The position numbers and the translations under genes are program-made. The notes under the pieces were generated by a model. That model saw only the letters and a list, made by a program, of their open reading frames with translations. It was not told the origin of the DNA and did not search any database. From the NCBI GenBank assembly GCA_048940645.1, contig JBHLOI010000024.1:1-50167 (forward strand): a stretch of 50,167 bases of DNA, in the 5' to 3' direction. This stretch comes from Promethearchaeota archaeon (GTDB lineage Archaea; Asgardarchaeota; Lokiarchaeia; Sigyniarchaeales; SOKP01). Numbering within the stretch: position 1 is the stretch's first letter; each line of letters opens with the position of its first letter. Positions 49,747-50,167 of the stretch are shown in pieces.

Positions 49747-50167
49747 AATTTTTCTTTATTTCATTAAATTTCATGAATTCCATATTAACTCTAATTTTGC
49801 TAGACAGAGTAGAGTCCTTTTTAATAATAAGTGCTAAATTTGCATTTGCAATAGTATTTTAATATCTTAATAATTCGGAATTTGTGGCTTTTTTGGGATT
49901 TCAATTCAAAAAATTACGAAAAGTCGGTGATTTCTATTTAGAAGAATATTTATTCACGGGGATTAAAGAACCACTTGGAATGTCCTATATTGCGAGCTAT
50001 AATCAATTTATTGTCTTTATCAATAACATATTATTTAAATTTAAACGTTTTTGTAAAATTTATCGACAACTGGACTTTTACTAAATAATTTTATTATTTA
50101 GTCTCAATTTGGAAGCATCTCATTGAGATAGATCCATGCTGAAATCCTTCGTGAATAAATTTAACGG

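Noticed and set aside
49884-50167. 66-aa ORF and a possible minus-strand gene end at the window edge
   Set aside because: No recognisable motif, and the sequence is truncated by the window.
1-50167. CRISPR array, tRNA/rRNA, IS/transposase, integrase, reverse transcriptase
   Set aside because: No regularly spaced repeats, GC-rich structured RNA segments or corresponding protein motifs were seen by eye.

Overview
AT-rich archaeal DNA, most likely Asgard (Lokiarchaeia-like). The basis for that inference is several Rab/Arf-like small GTPases, multiple Roadblock/LC7 domains, uDENN/longin-like segments, Loki-type PAS histidine kinases and a Loki-CTERM-like tail. Layout: (1) 0.1-6.7 kb, two related Roadblock/GTPase cassettes that share promoters, N-terminal tags and a PYPYIFKPPxPPGDLG + zinc-ribbon tail around different core domains; (2) 7-11.7 kb, small redox and membrane genes plus a wHTH/MFS divergon with three TTCG-N17-CGAA sites; (3) 11.8-19.2 kb, a his operon (hisIE-G-D-C-B-H-[A+F fusion]) preceded by an unannotated leader ORF ending HHWLHH and several hairpins, a candidate attenuator; (4) a PAS histidine kinase and RHH-receiver pair; (5) a membrane protein at 23.7-25 kb carrying short motifs typical of unrelated families (bacterial EF-Tu N-terminus, Ca-binding DxDGD, metzincin HExxHxxGxxHD, contractile-tail-tube RKRPGRVKYGDI); (6) hydrolases, an M1 peptidase and several gene remnants; (7) an 1123-aa uDENN-like/Arf-GTPase/uDENN-like/PAS/PAS/GAF/pseudo-kinase fusion; (8) metabolic, redox and membrane genes. 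No rRNA, tRNA, CRISPR array or transposase was recognised. All family calls come from motif recognition by eye, with no database searches.
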